A stretch of DNA of 41,560 nt from NCBI GenBank assembly GCA_002391425.1, contig DGEZ01000060.1, positions 1 through 41,560 on the forward strand, written 5' to 3'. Below the pieces are notes generated by a model. That model saw nothing but the letters and a program-made list of their open reading frames with translations. It did no database searches and was not told the origin of the DNA. The DNA is from Micrococcales bacterium UBA3913. Lineage in GTDB: Bacteria; Actinomycetota; Actinomycetes; Actinomycetales; Microbacteriaceae. Below, piece by piece: positions 18,803 through 29,101 of the stretch. The first letter of the stretch is position 1. Every line of letters begins with the position of its first letter. A program made the translations under genes and the position numbers.

Positions 18803-20337
18803 GCTGCGGCCCGTCGCATATACAGTGCCTCCGCAATGTCCTCCCGCGCTGGCACTGGTCTCCCTGCCAGATCTGCGGCGGTCCAGGCCACCCGAAGGCA
18901 CCGGTCGTAGCCGCGCATGGTAATGAGGCCCCGTTCGAGCGCATGGTCCAGGGATGCTCGTATGCGGCCGGGCACACGCAGCCGGCCCCGGAGAAAACTG
19001 CCCGGCACATCGGCGTTCACGCGCCACATGGTGCCGTGCAAACGCTCGGCTGCTGCAGCGCGAGCTTCTTCGACCAGGTGTCGGGCTCGCTCCGTGGTGA
19101 GGGACCCGGGTGCGGGCTCCTCGAGGAGCGCGGCGGGAGCGACCCGCGGGATGCGCAGCTGAATGTCCACCCGGTCCAGCATGGGCCCACTCAATCGGGA
19201 CAGGTAGCGACGCCGCACCGACGCCGCACACCGACAGTCTCCGCCGACGACCCCGTCGAGACCGCACGGGCACGGATTCGCCGCGAGCATCAATTGGAAA
19301 CGCGCCGGGAAACGCGCGGTCTGCGCAGCACGGTGGATGGTCACTTCACCGGTTTCCAAGCACTGCCGAAGTGAGTCAAGGACAGCACGGGGAAACTCCG
19401 TGGCCTCATCCAGAAAGAGAACGCCGTGGCTGGCCCGTGACACGGCGCCCGGGCGCACCACGCCGCTGCCGCCGCCCACCAACGCCACGAGCGTCGCCGA
19501 GTGGTGCGGCGCCTCCAGCGGGGGCCGTCTCATCAACGAGGTGATCCGCTGTGTGCCAGCCAGCGAGTGAATGGCGGTGACGGTGAGGGCCTCAGCCTCC
19601 GTCAAGTCCGGGAGAATACCCGGAAGCCGCGCCATGAGGAGAGATTTCCCGGCACCGGGTGGCCCGATCGCGAGCATATGGTGCCGCCCAGCAGCAGCCA
19701 GTACCAGGGCACGGACCGCCTCCGGCTGTCCCACGACATCCGCGAGGTCAGCGGGCGACTCCGAGCGCACCTCCCCGCTGCCCGCGTCCACGTTCACAAT
19801 CGGCTCAACCTCGGGCACCGCCACCCGCGCACCGAGGCAGGACGCTGCCTGCCCGATGCTCGTGACACCCAGGATCTCCACCCCATGCACGAGTGCCGCC
19901 TCTGCAGCATTGGCTTGGGGAACCATCACCCGAACCGCACCGCCGTCGCGAGCACCCAGCACGGCGGGCAGGATTCCCGCGGAGGGGCGCAGCCGACCAT
20001 CGAGACTGAGTTCACCCAGGAGGACCACATCGCGAACTGCCTGTTCGGATACCACCCCCTGGGCGATCAACAGGCCCACGGCGATGGCCAGATCAAACAT
20101 CGCCCCCGCCTTGCGCAACGTGGCGGGCGAAAGGTTTGCCACGATCCGGCACATCGGGAACCCGAGCCCCGAGTTCGTCAGGGCGGAACGCACCCGGTTC
20201 TTCGCCTCTTCCAGGGCGGTGTCCGGCAAACCCGCAATGACGAAGTGCGGGAGCCCAGACGAGACATCCACCTCCACATCCACCGGGTGAGGGTCGAGCC
20301 CGACCACGGCCACCGATTGCACACGAGCCAGGGGCAT
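18799..20337 (-). CDS. comM: YifB/ComM-family Mg-chelatase-like AAA+ ATPase
   Basis: Lon-like N-terminal domain (...GLPHFVIAGLPD.AL.E...RV...), Walker A GPPGAGKS and a C-terminal ChlI-like domain. ATG at 20337 lies 1 nt after the yraN stop. Confidence 0.9.
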   Translation of the reverse strand: MPLARVQSVAVVGLDPHPVDVEVDVSSGLPHFVIAGLPDTALEEAKNRVRSALTNSGLGFPMCRIVANLSPATLRKAGAMFDLAIAVGLLIAQGVVSEQAVRDVVLLGELSLDGRLRPSAGILPAVLGARDGGAVRVMVPQANAAEAALVHGVEILGVTSIGQAASCLGARVAVPEVEPIVNVDAGSGEVRSESPADLADVVGQPEAVRALVLAAAGRHHMLAIGPPGAGKSLLMARLPGILPDLTEAEALTVTAIHSLAGTQRITSLMRRPPLEAPHHSATLVALVGGGSGVVRPGAVSRASHGVLFLDEATEFPRAVLDSLRQCLETGEVTIHRAAQTARFPARFQLMLAANPCPCGLDGVVGGDCRCAASVRRRYLSRLSGPMLDRVDIQLRIPRVAPAALLEEPAPGSLTTERARHLVEEARAAAAERLHGTMWRVNADVPGSFLRGRLRVPGRIRASLDHALERGLITMRGYDRCLRVAWTAADLAGRPVPAREDIAEALYMRRAAA

Positions 20338-20338
20338 G

Positions 20339-20731
20339 TCAGCCCACCGCCTGAATGTGCTGCAGCCGGGTCGTCGGGTGCTCGTGCACAATTGCGTAGA
20401 CGTCCACGCGAATCTCCTCCGAGTGCGTACCTGTCGCCGCCAGCCATTCGGCAGCCAGGTGCCTGATGCGAGCGAGTTTGGCGACGGTTATCGCTTCCAG
20501 GGGGATGCCTGCGCGCAAACTCCTGCGTGTCTTCACCTCGGCGAATACGACGGTCTGCCCGGACGCGGCAACAATATCGATCTCTCCACGCCTCGACCGC
20601 CAGTTGCGGGCCAGGATGCGGAAACCTTGGGACGCGAGGTGGTCGGCGGCCAGTTGCTCACCGGCCTGGCCCAGTTCACCGGACGACAATCGGCAACGCG
20701 GGTTGCCAGCGCATTGAGAAAAACCATCCAT
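20339..20731 (-). CDS. yraN: YraN-family (UPF0102) endonuclease-like protein
   Basis: ...GELGQAGEQLAADHLASQGFRILARNWRSRRGEIDIVA....VVFAEVKTR... is the family signature. Confidence 0.8.
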   Translation of the reverse strand: MDGFSQCAGNPRCRLSSGELGQAGEQLAADHLASQGFRILARNWRSRRGEIDIVAASGQTVVFAEVKTRRSLRAGIPLEAITVAKLARIRHLAAEWLAATGTHSEEIRVDVYAIVHEHPTTRLQHIQAVG

Positions 20732-20863
20732 GCCGAGAGTCTCTCGGATGCGACCTGCCCTGTGGGCGGCAGAACGTCGACGTGTGTATGAGGGCACGGA
20801 CGAAACACACTGGGGAAAACACCCCCCAAACACCGCAGGCGGGACGGGATGCCCCTGCCGACA

Positions 20864-21196
20864 TCACTCGTTCAGGGACAGCTCCGTCGGCAGCTCAAGG
20901 TCCTTCGCAGAGAGCTCCTCCACATTCACATCCTTGAACGTGAGGATGCGGACCGATTTGGCAAACCTATTGGAGCGGTACACATCCCACACCCAGACAT
21001 CGGTGAGGGTGAGCTCGAAGTAGAAGTCATTCTCCGTCTCCTGGCGCACGAGCTGAACATCGTTCGCCAGGTAGAACCTGCGTTCCGTCTCAATGACATA
21101 GCGGAACATTCCCACCACATCACGGTACTCCCGGTAGAGCGACAGCTCTGCCTCACGCTCGTAGTCGTCGAAGTCCTCGTCATCCATCGCACCCAT
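20864..21196 (-). CDS. DUF2469-family protein (Rv2901c-like)
   Basis: Acidic N-terminus then ...LSLYREYRDVVGMFRYVIETERRFYLAN... Conserved position downstream of rnhB. Confidence 0.75.
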   Translation of the reverse strand: MGAMDDEDFDDYEREAELSLYREYRDVVGMFRYVIETERRFYLANDVQLVRQETENDFYFELTLTDVWVWDVYRSNRFAKSVRILTFKDVNVEELSAKDLELPTELSLNE

Positions 21197-21222
21197 CCTA
21201 GCCGCCCCGGCTCACGCTGCCG

Positions 21223-21855
21223 CTAGTGAATCCAGGTCAGACGGTGACACGAGGCCGGCCCGAACTGCCGAATAGCGGCGCGGTGAGCCGCTGAACCGTA
21301 GCCCTTGTTCTGAGCGAAGCCATACGCGGGGAATTGCTCGCCCAGCTCACACATAAGCTGATCACGCTCCAATTTCGCGAGAACCGATGCCGCTGCTACC
21401 ACCGCGCAGTCCCGATCGGCCTTCGCCCGGCAGCGCACATCCAGGCCCGGGAGAAACTCCGTGATGTAGTCGAAGACACCATCGAGGAGCAGAACCGAAC
21501 CGGCCAGGTCCGCGGCATCCACACCGAGCGCCTGGACCGCCGCCGCGGCAGCGCGTCCCAGAGCCGGGATGATGCCCTCGGTGTCAATGAGGTGCGGCGA
21601 CGAATACCCCACTGCGTGCGCATCTGACCACGCGATGAGGGGCTCGCGCAGACCTTCCCGCCGCCGCGGCGAGAGGAGCTTCGAGTCCCGCAGCCCTGCC
21701 GGAGGATCCGTGCGTCCGGTGCGCACGGCCACTGCCCCGACCGCAACCGGGCCCGCGAGGGCGCCTCGCCCCACCTCATCCACCCCGATGACGACCCGGG
21801 CGCCCTGTGCGAGCAGAGCGCGTTCGGCCTCGAAGGTCGGCTCGATCACTGTCAT
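21223..21855 (-). CDS. rnhB: ribonuclease HII
   Basis: ...VIGVDEVGRGALAGPV... catalytic motif. ATGA overlap with the lepB stop. Confidence 0.9.
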   Translation of the reverse strand: MTVIEPTFEAERALLAQGARVVIGVDEVGRGALAGPVAVGAVAVRTGRTDPPAGLRDSKLLSPRRREGLREPLIAWSDAHAVGYSSPHLIDTEGIIPALGRAAAAAVQALGVDAADLAGSVLLLDGVFDYITEFLPGLDVRCRAKADRDCAVVAAASVLAKLERDQLMCELGEQFPAYGFAQNKGYGSAAHRAAIRQFGPASCHRLTWIH

Positions 21856-22637
21856 GACGAGGCGGCCGTCGCCGTCCCCGACTGCGCAGAGCCCTCCTCA
21901 GACGGGTCGGGAACCGCGGCGAACACGCTGGCGTAGTTGTCTAGGAAGGTCCACCGGGAGATCGGATAGGAGATGACCACCGCACGCCCCACAACATTGT
22001 CCTCGGGGACGAACCCGCCGAGGGGGCTGTCCATATTCGCGCGGGAATCCGCAGAATGCGCGCGGTTATCCCCCATCACCCACAGGGAGTCCTCCGGCAC
22101 GGTGACATCGAACTCCTGCAACGAGGGGGCGACCCCCTCATCAAGGTAGGTTTCGTCAATCGAGACGCCGTTGATCTGCAGCCGCCCCTGCGCATCGCAG
22201 CACACGATATGATCCCCGGGCAACCCGATCACTCGTTTGACGAGGTACTCGTTGGACTCTTGTCCCCCGAAACCGAAGAAGGAGGCGAGCGCATCCAGAG
22301 GCCCCGTCGAGCTAGCAAATGAACTCGACGACAGCCAGCCTCCGGGATCCTTGAACACGACGACGTCCCCGCGTTCCAACCCGAAAACCTCGGGGTAGAG
22401 ATTGTTGACGATGATCCGGTCGTTGACCTCAAGTGTCGAAACCATAGAGGACGACGGCACATAGAACGTCCGGAAGAGAAAGGTACGTACTCCCCAGGAC
22501 ACCACCAGGGCGATGAGAAGGATAACGACGACATCCACGAGAAAGGCAAGCAGGCGATTCTGCGGCCTCCGTCGCCTGCGCCCCACCGCCTCACGCCTAG
22601 TCACAGGCTGCTGTGCCGACACCTCGTGGTCGCTCAC
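21852..22637 (-). CDS. lepB: signal peptidase I
   Basis: TM anchor, then ...VPSSSMVSTL...GD.V.F..P..., ...YLVKRVIGLPGD... and ...VMGDNRAHSADSR... boxes. GTG start. Confidence 0.9.
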   Translation of the reverse strand: MSDHEVSAQQPVTRREAVGRRRRRPQNRLLAFLVDVVVILLIALVVSWGVRTFLFRTFYVPSSSMVSTLEVNDRIIVNNLYPEVFGLERGDVVVFKDPGGWLSSSSFASSTGPLDALASFFGFGGQESNEYLVKRVIGLPGDHIVCCDAQGRLQINGVSIDETYLDEGVAPSLQEFDVTVPEDSLWVMGDNRAHSADSRANMDSPLGGFVPEDNVVGRAVVISYPISRWTFLDNYASVFAAVPDPSEEGSAQSGTATAASS

Positions 22638-22756
22638 GCCTGCATCCCCGCTTCTCTCACTCGATCAGTGTACGTGACCAACCTCACAGCCAGCCGAGGG
22701 CGCAGTGCATCGACGAGGCCTCTGCCCCGCCACGGCACCCTCTCGGGGGAAGCGGA

Positions 22757-23098
22757 CTAGCGCTTTTCCTTGATCTTCGCGGCCTTGCCCCGCAGCGAAC
22801 GCAGGTAGTAGAGCTTTGCGCGGCGAACATTGCCGCGCGTGACGACCTCGATCTTGTCGATAATCGGAGAGTGCACTGGGAACGTGCGCTCCACGCCCAC
22901 CTGGAAACTCACCTTGCGAACGGTGAACGTCTCGCGCACTCCATGCCCAGACCGGGCGATCACAATGCCCTGGAAAATCTGCACACGGCTACGGTTGCCT
23001 TCAATGATGTTCACGTGCACCTTGACGGTGTCCCCCACCCAGAACTCAGGGATGTCCTCGCGCAGCGAAGCGGAGTCGAAGTGATCGAGGGTATGCAT
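22757..23098 (-). CDS. rplS: 50S ribosomal protein L19
   Basis: ...[40 protein letters not shown]...[26 protein letters not shown]... ATG at 23098. Confidence 0.95.
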   Translation of the reverse strand: MHTLDHFDSASLREDIPEFWVGDTVKVHVNIIEGNRSRVQIFQGIVIARSGHGVRETFTVRKVSFQVGVERTFPVHSPIIDKIEVVTRGNVRRAKLYYLRSLRGKAAKIKEKR

Positions 23099-23224
23099 GG
23101 TCGTTCGCTCTCTGCACCTGCCACGGGTCAGATGCGGTGTCTGGATGTTGTTACAAGCTTGACTGCGCCTCGGCCTGAACCGTCTCCCCCGAGGCAGAGC
23201 ACCGGCGCCGAAGCACAAGGATCA

Positions 23225-23253
23225 ATTATGCCACAGCGACGCGGGAACAACAA
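23225..23253 (-). promoter_or_regulatory. candidate rplS promoter
   Basis: Minus strand reads TTGTTG-N17-(TGG)CATAAT, about 125 nt upstream of the rplS ATG. Motif match only. Confidence 0.3.
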
Positions 23254-23258
23254 TCCGA

Positions 23259-24002
23259 TTAGGACAGGGCGAGAGCCAGGCGCGTTCCCGCCTCCAGGAG
23301 CGCGGGGAATTGCGCCGGATCGGCATGCCGCGCTTCGGGATGCCACTGAACGGCCATCACCGGGGCGGACTCGTGAACGACGGCCTCGATGACCCCATCC
23401 GGCGCGAACGCGATCGGCTTCAGCCCACGGCCGAGGGTTCCGATCGCCTGGTGGTGTGCACTCATACAGCTCACCTGCTCGCCCAGAGCATCTGCCAGAG
23501 GATTCCCCGCGTTGATCGACACAGGATGCTCGACGAACGCATCCCGAATCGTGTCGAAATCGCGGTGAATCGTCTGAGCACCCAAATCCGTGATCAAGGT
23601 TCCGCCGAGCGCCACGTTGATGATCTGCAGGCCACGGCAGATACCCAGGACAGGCGTTCCCCGCTCGACGCACCGGCGTACGACCTCCATCTGACGTGCG
23701 TCGGCAGTCGGGAAGTGGTGTCCCTCTCGGGCGTACCCCGCATGGGCGCCGTACAATTCGGGAGCGACGTCCTCCCCTCCTGCGATGAGCACCGCGTCGC
23801 TGCGCCTGGCCGCGTCATCAATCTCCTCGACAGGAGTGGTCTCCGCGAAGACGACCAACGGCCGCCAGCCACTGTGCCGGGTCCGCTGCACAATACGCTC
23901 AGTGAGTTCGCGACGCACCTGCTCGTAGTCGGGATCGTACGTACGCACATCCGTGATGTCGAGGATGAGCAGCTGTCGCTCCTCGCGGGAAGAATCACTC
24001 AT
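23259..24002 (-). CDS. class-I glutamine amidotransferase-like / peptidase C26 (gamma-glutamyl hydrolase, PuuD-like)
   Basis: Catalytic ...PVLGICRGLQIINVALGGTL... (Cys) and ...AVQWHPE... (His). Confidence 0.8.
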   Translation of the reverse strand: MSDSSREERQLLILDITDVRTYDPDYEQVRRELTERIVQRTRHSGWRPLVVFAETTPVEEIDDAARRSDAVLIAGGEDVAPELYGAHAGYAREGHHFPTADARQMEVVRRCVERGTPVLGICRGLQIINVALGGTLITDLGAQTIHRDFDTIRDAFVEHPVSINAGNPLADALGEQVSCMSAHHQAIGTLGRGLKPIAFAPDGVIEAVVHESAPVMAVQWHPEARHADPAQFPALLEAGTRLALALS

Positions 24003-24069
24003 GCGTTCAAGTCTGGCATTCTCAGGTGTCGGCCGCGTAACAGATCGTCACACGGACGTGGGGAATCCA

Positions 24070-24798
24070 TTATTCCGTCCACCCCGGTGCGTGCTCGGGG
24101 CCGTCTGACTCATCGAGTAGGTCGGGACGGATCAGCCGCGTGCGCTCGAGGCGCTGGCTGCGGCGCCACTGGTCGATTGCTCCGTGATTGCCGGAGAGAA
24201 GCACGGGGGGAACATCCCATCCGCGCCACGATGCCGGTTTCGTATAGCTCGGGTATTCCAGGAGTCCGCCTTCGTGGGACTCCTCCGTCAGCGAGTCGGG
24301 GTTCCCCACCACACCCGGGACAAGCCGCCCCACCGCCTCGACGATCGCCAGCGCCGCGGTCTCACCGCCGTTGAGGACATAGTCGCCAATGCTCAGGCAC
24401 GACACCCGGGTACGGCTCGAGGCATACTCCACTACGCGTTGGTCGATCCCCTCGTAGCGTCCGCAGCAGATGATGATCTCGGCCTCATGCGCCAGGGCGT
24501 GCGCCGTGCGCTGCCGGAAGACCTCACCGGCGGGCGTGGTGAAGATCACCAGCGGGTCGGGCACCCCCGCTCCCTCGAGAAGCGTATCGAGAGCCCGCCC
24601 CCAGGGTTCGGGCTTCATCACCATCCCCGGGCCCCCACCGTAGGGCGTGTCGTCCACGGTGCGGTGCCTGTCCTCTGTCCAGTCGCGCAAGTCATGGACG
24701 GAAATCTCGAGGATCCCCTCCGTGTTCGCCCGGCCGATCAGGGACGCGTGCAGCGCGTCGAAAATCTCCGGGAAGATCGTGACAATGTGGATGCGCAC
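24070..24798 (-). CDS. trmD: tRNA (guanine37-N1)-methyltransferase
   Basis: (M)[13 protein letters not shown]... GTG at 24798 lies 4 nt after the rimM stop, preceded by GAGGGGTGA. The ORF-track start at 24921 overlaps rimM. Confidence 0.9.
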   Translation of the reverse strand: MRIHIVTIFPEIFDALHASLIGRANTEGILEISVHDLRDWTEDRHRTVDDTPYGGGPGMVMKPEPWGRALDTLLEGAGVPDPLVIFTTPAGEVFRQRTAHALAHEAEIIICCGRYEGIDQRVVEYASSRTRVSCLSIGDYVLNGGETAALAIVEAVGRLVPGVVGNPDSLTEESHEGGLLEYPSYTKPASWRGWDVPPVLLSGNHGAIDQWRRSQRLERTRLIRPDLLDESDGPEHAPGWTE

Positions 24799-24802
24799 GC
24801 GC

Positions 24803-25408
24803 TCACCCCTCGCGGGGCGACGACGTGACCGAGGACCCAGCATCCGAGGCTGGCTCCGGTTCCTCGTCGATCGTCTCGAACAAGCCCAGCGGGGGCGTGA
24901 TCGTGACACGGTGGTGGTCAAGGTCCACCTCGGGGACGAACGCCGTCACGAACGGGAGCAGCACCTCGCGCACATCCTCGCCATCGGGGACACCGACAAC
25001 GAGGAGATCCTGACCCGGCAGGTGCTCCACGGCAAGAACCTGCCCGATCCTTGCACCGTCCCGGTACACGTCCAGGCTGACGAGCTGATGGTCATACCAG
25101 GCCCCGGGCTCGTCGGGGAGCTGTTCCTCGTCCTTGTCCACCAGCAAGATGGCGCGCACAGCCGTCTCCGCTGCGGTGCGGTCCGGGATCTCCTGGAAGA
25201 ACGCGACGGGGTGCCCGTTGTACCAGCGGAGCTCTGCGAGGGTGATGGATTTGCCGAACCACGGCGAGGTCTCCGGCACCTGCATTCCGAAGCGGGCCCC
25301 CGGGGTGAACCTCTTGTCGGGCTCATCCGTGTACAGCTCAAGCTTGATGCCGCCCTTGAGCCCGTGCGCTTTCAGCAGACGCGCCACGCGCAGTCGGAGC
25401 ATTGTCAT
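24803..25408 (-). CDS. rimM: 16S rRNA processing / ribosome maturation factor RimM
   Basis: ...[26 protein letters not shown]... then a PRC-barrel C-terminus. Conserved rpsP-KH-rimM-trmD order. Confidence 0.9.
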   Translation of the reverse strand: MTMLRLRVARLLKAHGLKGGIKLELYTDEPDKRFTPGARFGMQVPETSPWFGKSITLAELRWYNGHPVAFFQEIPDRTAAETAVRAILLVDKDEEQLPDEPGAWYDHQLVSLDVYRDGARIGQVLAVEHLPGQDLLVVGVPDGEDVREVLLPFVTAFVPEVDLDHHRVTITPPLGLFETIDEEPEPASDAGSSVTSSPREG

Positions 25409-25419
25409 GCCATCACCGA

Positions 25420-25668
25420 CTAAAAGTCGGTGTCCACCACATCGACTCGCACCCGGCGAGAACCCGCGAGAGCGGAGACCACGGTACGAATCGAGGTGGC
25501 GGTGCGCCCTGACCGGCCGATGACCCGGCCAAGGTCATCCGGGTGCACCCGGACCTCGACCAAATCACCGCGGGACGTCGAGCGCTCCGAGACGGTCACG
25601 TCATCGGGGTTATCGACAATGCCCTTGACCAGGTGTTCAACAGCAGGGGCGAGCTGGATCATCGTCAC
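25420..25668 (-). CDS. KH-domain RNA-binding protein (YlqC/Rv2908c-like)
   Basis: 82 aa, ...[25 protein letters not shown]... (GxxG KH motif). ATGA overlap with the rpsP stop. Confidence 0.85.
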   Translation of the reverse strand: MTMIQLAPAVEHLVKGIVDNPDDVTVSERSTSRGDLVEVRVHPDDLGRVIGRSGRTATSIRTVVSALAGSRRVRVDVVDTDF

Positions 25669-26090
25669 GCCTCAGCAGGAGCCTCTGCTGACGCTTCAGC
25701 GGACTCCTCTGCGGGGGCAGCGGCCTCAGCCGGCTTCTTCTCCGCTGCGGGGCGAACCACGGACTTCTTGTCCGCGTCGACGACGTACTCGGCCTTGGGC
25801 TCGGCAACCTTGACGGTGCTCTTCGCACCCTTGTCTCCGGTGTGCACCCCCCAGTCCCCGGTGAGCTTGAGTAGGGCGAGCACCTGCTCCGTCGGCTGAG
25901 CCCCGACGGACAGCCAGTACTGTGCGCGCTCGGAGTTCACCTCGATGAGCGAGGGCTCCTGCGTGGGATGGTACTTACCGATCTCCTCGATCACGCGACC
26001 ATCGCGCTTCGAGCGCGAATCGGCGACGACGATACGGTAATAGGGGGCACGAATCTTGCCCAGACGCTTCAAGCGAATCTTGACAGCCAC
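25665..26090 (-). CDS. rpsP: 30S ribosomal protein S16 with Ala/Glu/Lys/Pro-rich C-terminal tail
   Basis: (M)[38 protein letters not shown]... GTG at 26090 with AGGAGA 5 nt upstream. Confidence 0.95.
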   Translation of the reverse strand: MAVKIRLKRLGKIRAPYYRIVVADSRSKRDGRVIEEIGKYHPTQEPSLIEVNSERAQYWLSVGAQPTEQVLALLKLTGDWGVHTGDKGAKSTVKVAEPKAEYVVDADKKSVVRPAAEKKPAEAAAPAEESAEASAEAPAEA

Positions 26091-26278
26091 AATTCTCCTG
26101 TATGTGAGTTGGTATGCGAACCATGTGATGCCGCAGAGGGGGATGCTGCGCCATCGAAAGCTCAGGGGCCCGTCGGGAGCCGGATAGAGGGTCGAGCAGC
26201 CGACGAGACAACAACATGCCATTGTGCCACACTTCCAGCCCAGGTGCGAGCGACAGTCACCAGAGAAAATGACCGAAT

Positions 26279-27475
26279 GTGTCGCAGGGGATCGGCATTC
26301 GGGCGATCATCCCCCATAATCGCAGTGTGGAGATCCCCTTCAGCCGTTCAGAGCGCTCGACACTCGGGATCGAGTGGGAGCTTGCCCTTGTGGATCCCGT
26401 CACCGGTGTGCTCGTGCCGGCAGGACACCGCGTCCTGGAGGAGGTTGAGGCTGAGCATCCCGAGCTGAGCGCCCGGCTGAGCAAGGAGCTTCTGCTGAAC
26501 ACGGTCGAGGTCTCCACGGGCGTGCACCACCGGGTTGACGAGGCCGTGGCCGAACTCCGGGACATCGTCCAGCTGGTCCGCTCGACGGCACAGACCCATC
26601 GCACGCGGCTGCTCAGCTCCGGCACCCACCCGTTCGCGAGTTCCCGACGCGAGCCGTTCACGCAGAGCGAGCGCTACTCGAGGCTCATCGACCGCACCCA
26701 GTGGTGGGGACGGTCCATGCTCATCTACGGCATACACGTCCACGTCGGCGTCCCGTCGGCCCAGGCCGTGTTCCCGATCATCCAGGGGGTGCTGCGTTAT
26801 CTTCCGCAGCTGCTGGCCGTGAGCGCATCCAGCCCGTACTGGGAAGGCGAAGACACGGGCTACGCATCACAGCGCACCATGCTCTTCCAGCAGCTGCCGA
26901 CCGCGGGCCTGCCGTACGGCTTCCAGACCTGGACCGAGTTCGAGTCATTCCTACACGATCAGGAAGCCGTCGGCGCGCTCGAATCCCCGACCGAGAACCG
27001 CTGGGATGTGCGACCCGCGCCGCACTTCGGCACCGTGGAATTGCGCATCTGCGACGCCGTGCCGACAGTACGTGAGGTAGCCGCGATCGCAGCGTTGAGC
27101 CAGAGCCTGGTGGATGCTCTCTACCAGCGGCATCTGGACGGGACTCTTCCCGAACCGTTGTCGCCCTGGCAACTACGCGAGAACAAGTGGCGCGCTGCCC
27201 GATTCGGCGCCGACGCCGAGGTAATCACCTCACGCGACAATGCGGTCACCCCGCTGTTGACGTCGCTGGACAGGCTCGTCGATGAGCTGGCAGCCACGGC
27301 GGAACGGCTTGGATGCCTGAATGAGCTCTACGACGCGTCAAATATCGCGCACAGCGGCGCGAGCGCTGCCCGGCAGCGGGCGTTTGTCGGGACCGACCCC
27401 ACCCCAGAGCGTTTGAGCGCACTGGTTCAGAAGCTGTCCGATGAGCTCGAGGCCAGTCTGGACGATTCTCGCTGA
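26279..27475 (+). CDS. GCS2-family carboxylate-amine ligase (YbdK-like)
   Basis: ...[13 protein letters not shown]..., ...NTVEVSTGV... and ...HVHVGV... motifs of the glutamate-cysteine-ligase family 2. Start uncertain: GTG 26279 or in-frame GTG 26327, neither with a strong SD. Confidence 0.85.
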   Translation: MSQGIGIRAIIPHNRSVEIPFSRSERSTLGIEWELALVDPVTGVLVPAGHRVLEEVEAEHPELSARLSKELLLNTVEVSTGVHHRVDEAVAELRDIVQLVRSTAQTHRTRLLSSGTHPFASSRREPFTQSERYSRLIDRTQWWGRSMLIYGIHVHVGVPSAQAVFPIIQGVLRYLPQLLAVSASSPYWEGEDTGYASQRTMLFQQLPTAGLPYGFQTWTEFESFLHDQEAVGALESPTENRWDVRPAPHFGTVELRICDAVPTVREVAAIAALSQSLVDALYQRHLDGTLPEPLSPWQLRENKWRAARFGADAEVITSRDNAVTPLLTSLDRLVDELAATAERLGCLNELYDASNIAHSGASAARQRAFVGTDPTPERLSALVQKLSDELEASLDDSR

Positions 27476-27480
27476 CATCG

Positions 27481-29067
27481 TCAGCGCCGGAAGATCCCAC
27501 CCAGGCCGTCAAAACCCTCAGGCAGTTCAGGGATCTTGGGCTGCCCCACGCCGAACGCCGATCCTGCGGCAGCCGTGGTGTTCTTCTCCCCCGAGGTTGC
27601 CACGCCACCGGCCTGACGCTCGAGCAGCGCGCGTTCCTCGGCCGCACGCTTGGCGGGATTCCCGGACTTTGCTTTCTGCTTCTTGGCATTTTTCCGGTTC
27701 TTCGAAGACTTGCCCCCGCCGGCGAAGCCCATCGCACCCATCCCGGGAAGCTGAGGCATGCCCCCTCGCGAGACCGTCTTCATCATCTTCGCGGCTTGCT
27801 CAAATCGCTGCACAAGCTGGTTCACATCGGTCACCGTCGTTCCCGAGCCGCGAGCGATGCGCAGTCGACGAGATCCGTTGAGGATCTTCGGGGTGTGCCG
27901 CTCCGCCGGGGTCATCGATTGGATGATGGCCTCTGTGCGCACCAGTTCCCGTTCGTCGAAGTTGTCGATCTGCTCGCGCAGCTGTCCGGCCCCGGGCATC
28001 ATCCCGAGCAGCTTCTTCATCGACCCCAGGTTCTTGATCTGCTGCATCTGGGTAAGGAAGTCTTCCAGATCGAATGTCTGGTCGGCCATCTTCTGGGCCA
28101 TGGCCGTGGCCTGTTCCTCGTCGAAGACCTTCTGGGCCTGTTCGATAAGGGTAAGCACATCGCCCATATCCAGGATCCGGCTGGCCATCCGATCGGGGTG
28201 GAACACCTCGAAATCGTCCAGGCGCTCTCCGGTGGAGGCGAACAGAATGGGACGCCCTGTAACGCTTGCCACGGAGAGTGCCGCACCACCGCGGGTGTCG
28301 CCATCGAGCTTGGTGACCACGACTCCTGTGAAATCCGCTCCCTGGGCGAACGCCTGAGCTGTGCTGACCGCATCCTGGCCGGTCATCGCGTCAATGGTGA
28401 ACAGCACCTCGTCCGGGTGTGTCGCCCGTCGGATGTCCGCGACCTGCTTCATCAGCTGCTCATCGATGCCCAGACGCCCCGCGGTGTCGATGATGACCAC
28501 ATCGTGCTGCTTGCTCGTGGCGAGGGCGACGGCGTTGCGGGCCACCGTCACGGGGTCGCCCACCCCATTACCCGGTTCAGGCGCATACACGGGAACGTCG
28601 GCGCTTTCTCCGACGGCCTGCAGCTGGTCGACGGCGTTCGGACGTTGCAAGTCAGCGGCGACGAGCAGCGGGGTATGCCCCTGGCCGCGCAGCCACGTGC
28701 CCAGTTTCCCAGCCAGGGTGGTCTTACCCGCGCCCTGAAGTCCGACGAGCAGGATGACGGTCGGGCCGGTCTTGGCGAAGGCGAGGCGACGCGTCTGTCC
28801 GCCCAGGATGGTGACCAGCTCGTCATGGACGATTTTCACGACCTGCTGAGCGGGGTTGAGTGCCTGACTCACTTCGTCGCTGAGAGCACGCTCGCGCACC
28901 CGAGCGGTGAAGTCTTTGACGACGCTCAGCGCGACATCGGCATCCAGGAGAGCACGCCGGATTTCTCGAATCGTCGCGTCGACGTCAGAAGCGGAGAGCT
29001 TGCCGCGTGATCGCAGGTGGGTGAATGTCTCTGCGAGGCGGGTGGAGAGTTGTGAAAATGCAGCCAT
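27481..29067 (-). CDS. ffh: signal recognition particle protein
   Basis: NG domain (GLQGAGKTT, DTAGR, TKLDGD) plus a Met-rich M domain and a basic C-terminal tail. Confidence 0.95.
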   Translation of the reverse strand: MAAFSQLSTRLAETFTHLRSRGKLSASDVDATIREIRRALLDADVALSVVKDFTARVRERALSDEVSQALNPAQQVVKIVHDELVTILGGQTRRLAFAKTGPTVILLVGLQGAGKTTLAGKLGTWLRGQGHTPLLVAADLQRPNAVDQLQAVGESADVPVYAPEPGNGVGDPVTVARNAVALATSKQHDVVIIDTAGRLGIDEQLMKQVADIRRATHPDEVLFTIDAMTGQDAVSTAQAFAQGADFTGVVVTKLDGDTRGGAALSVASVTGRPILFASTGERLDDFEVFHPDRMASRILDMGDVLTLIEQAQKVFDEEQATAMAQKMADQTFDLEDFLTQMQQIKNLGSMKKLLGMMPGAGQLREQIDNFDERELVRTEAIIQSMTPAERHTPKILNGSRRLRIARGSGTTVTDVNQLVQRFEQAAKMMKTVSRGGMPQLPGMGAMGFAGGGKSSKNRKNAKKQKAKSGNPAKRAAEERALLERQAGGVATSGEKNTTAAAGSAFGVGQPKIPELPEGFDGLGGIFRR

Positions 29068-29101
29068 GGTGGCTTAAGGCTAACCGATGGAGAGCGATTG
29101 C

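Noticed and set aside
17111-18910. 599-aa plus-strand ORF antisense to xerC and dprA.
   Set aside because: Arg/Pro/Gly-rich composition and no motifs. It overlaps two conserved genes, so it is a high-GC antisense artefact. The same reasoning applies to 10231-11319 (antisense to tsf/rpsB), 35309-36694 (antisense to poxB), 29087-30208 (antisense to pfk) and 27796-29010 (antisense to ffh).
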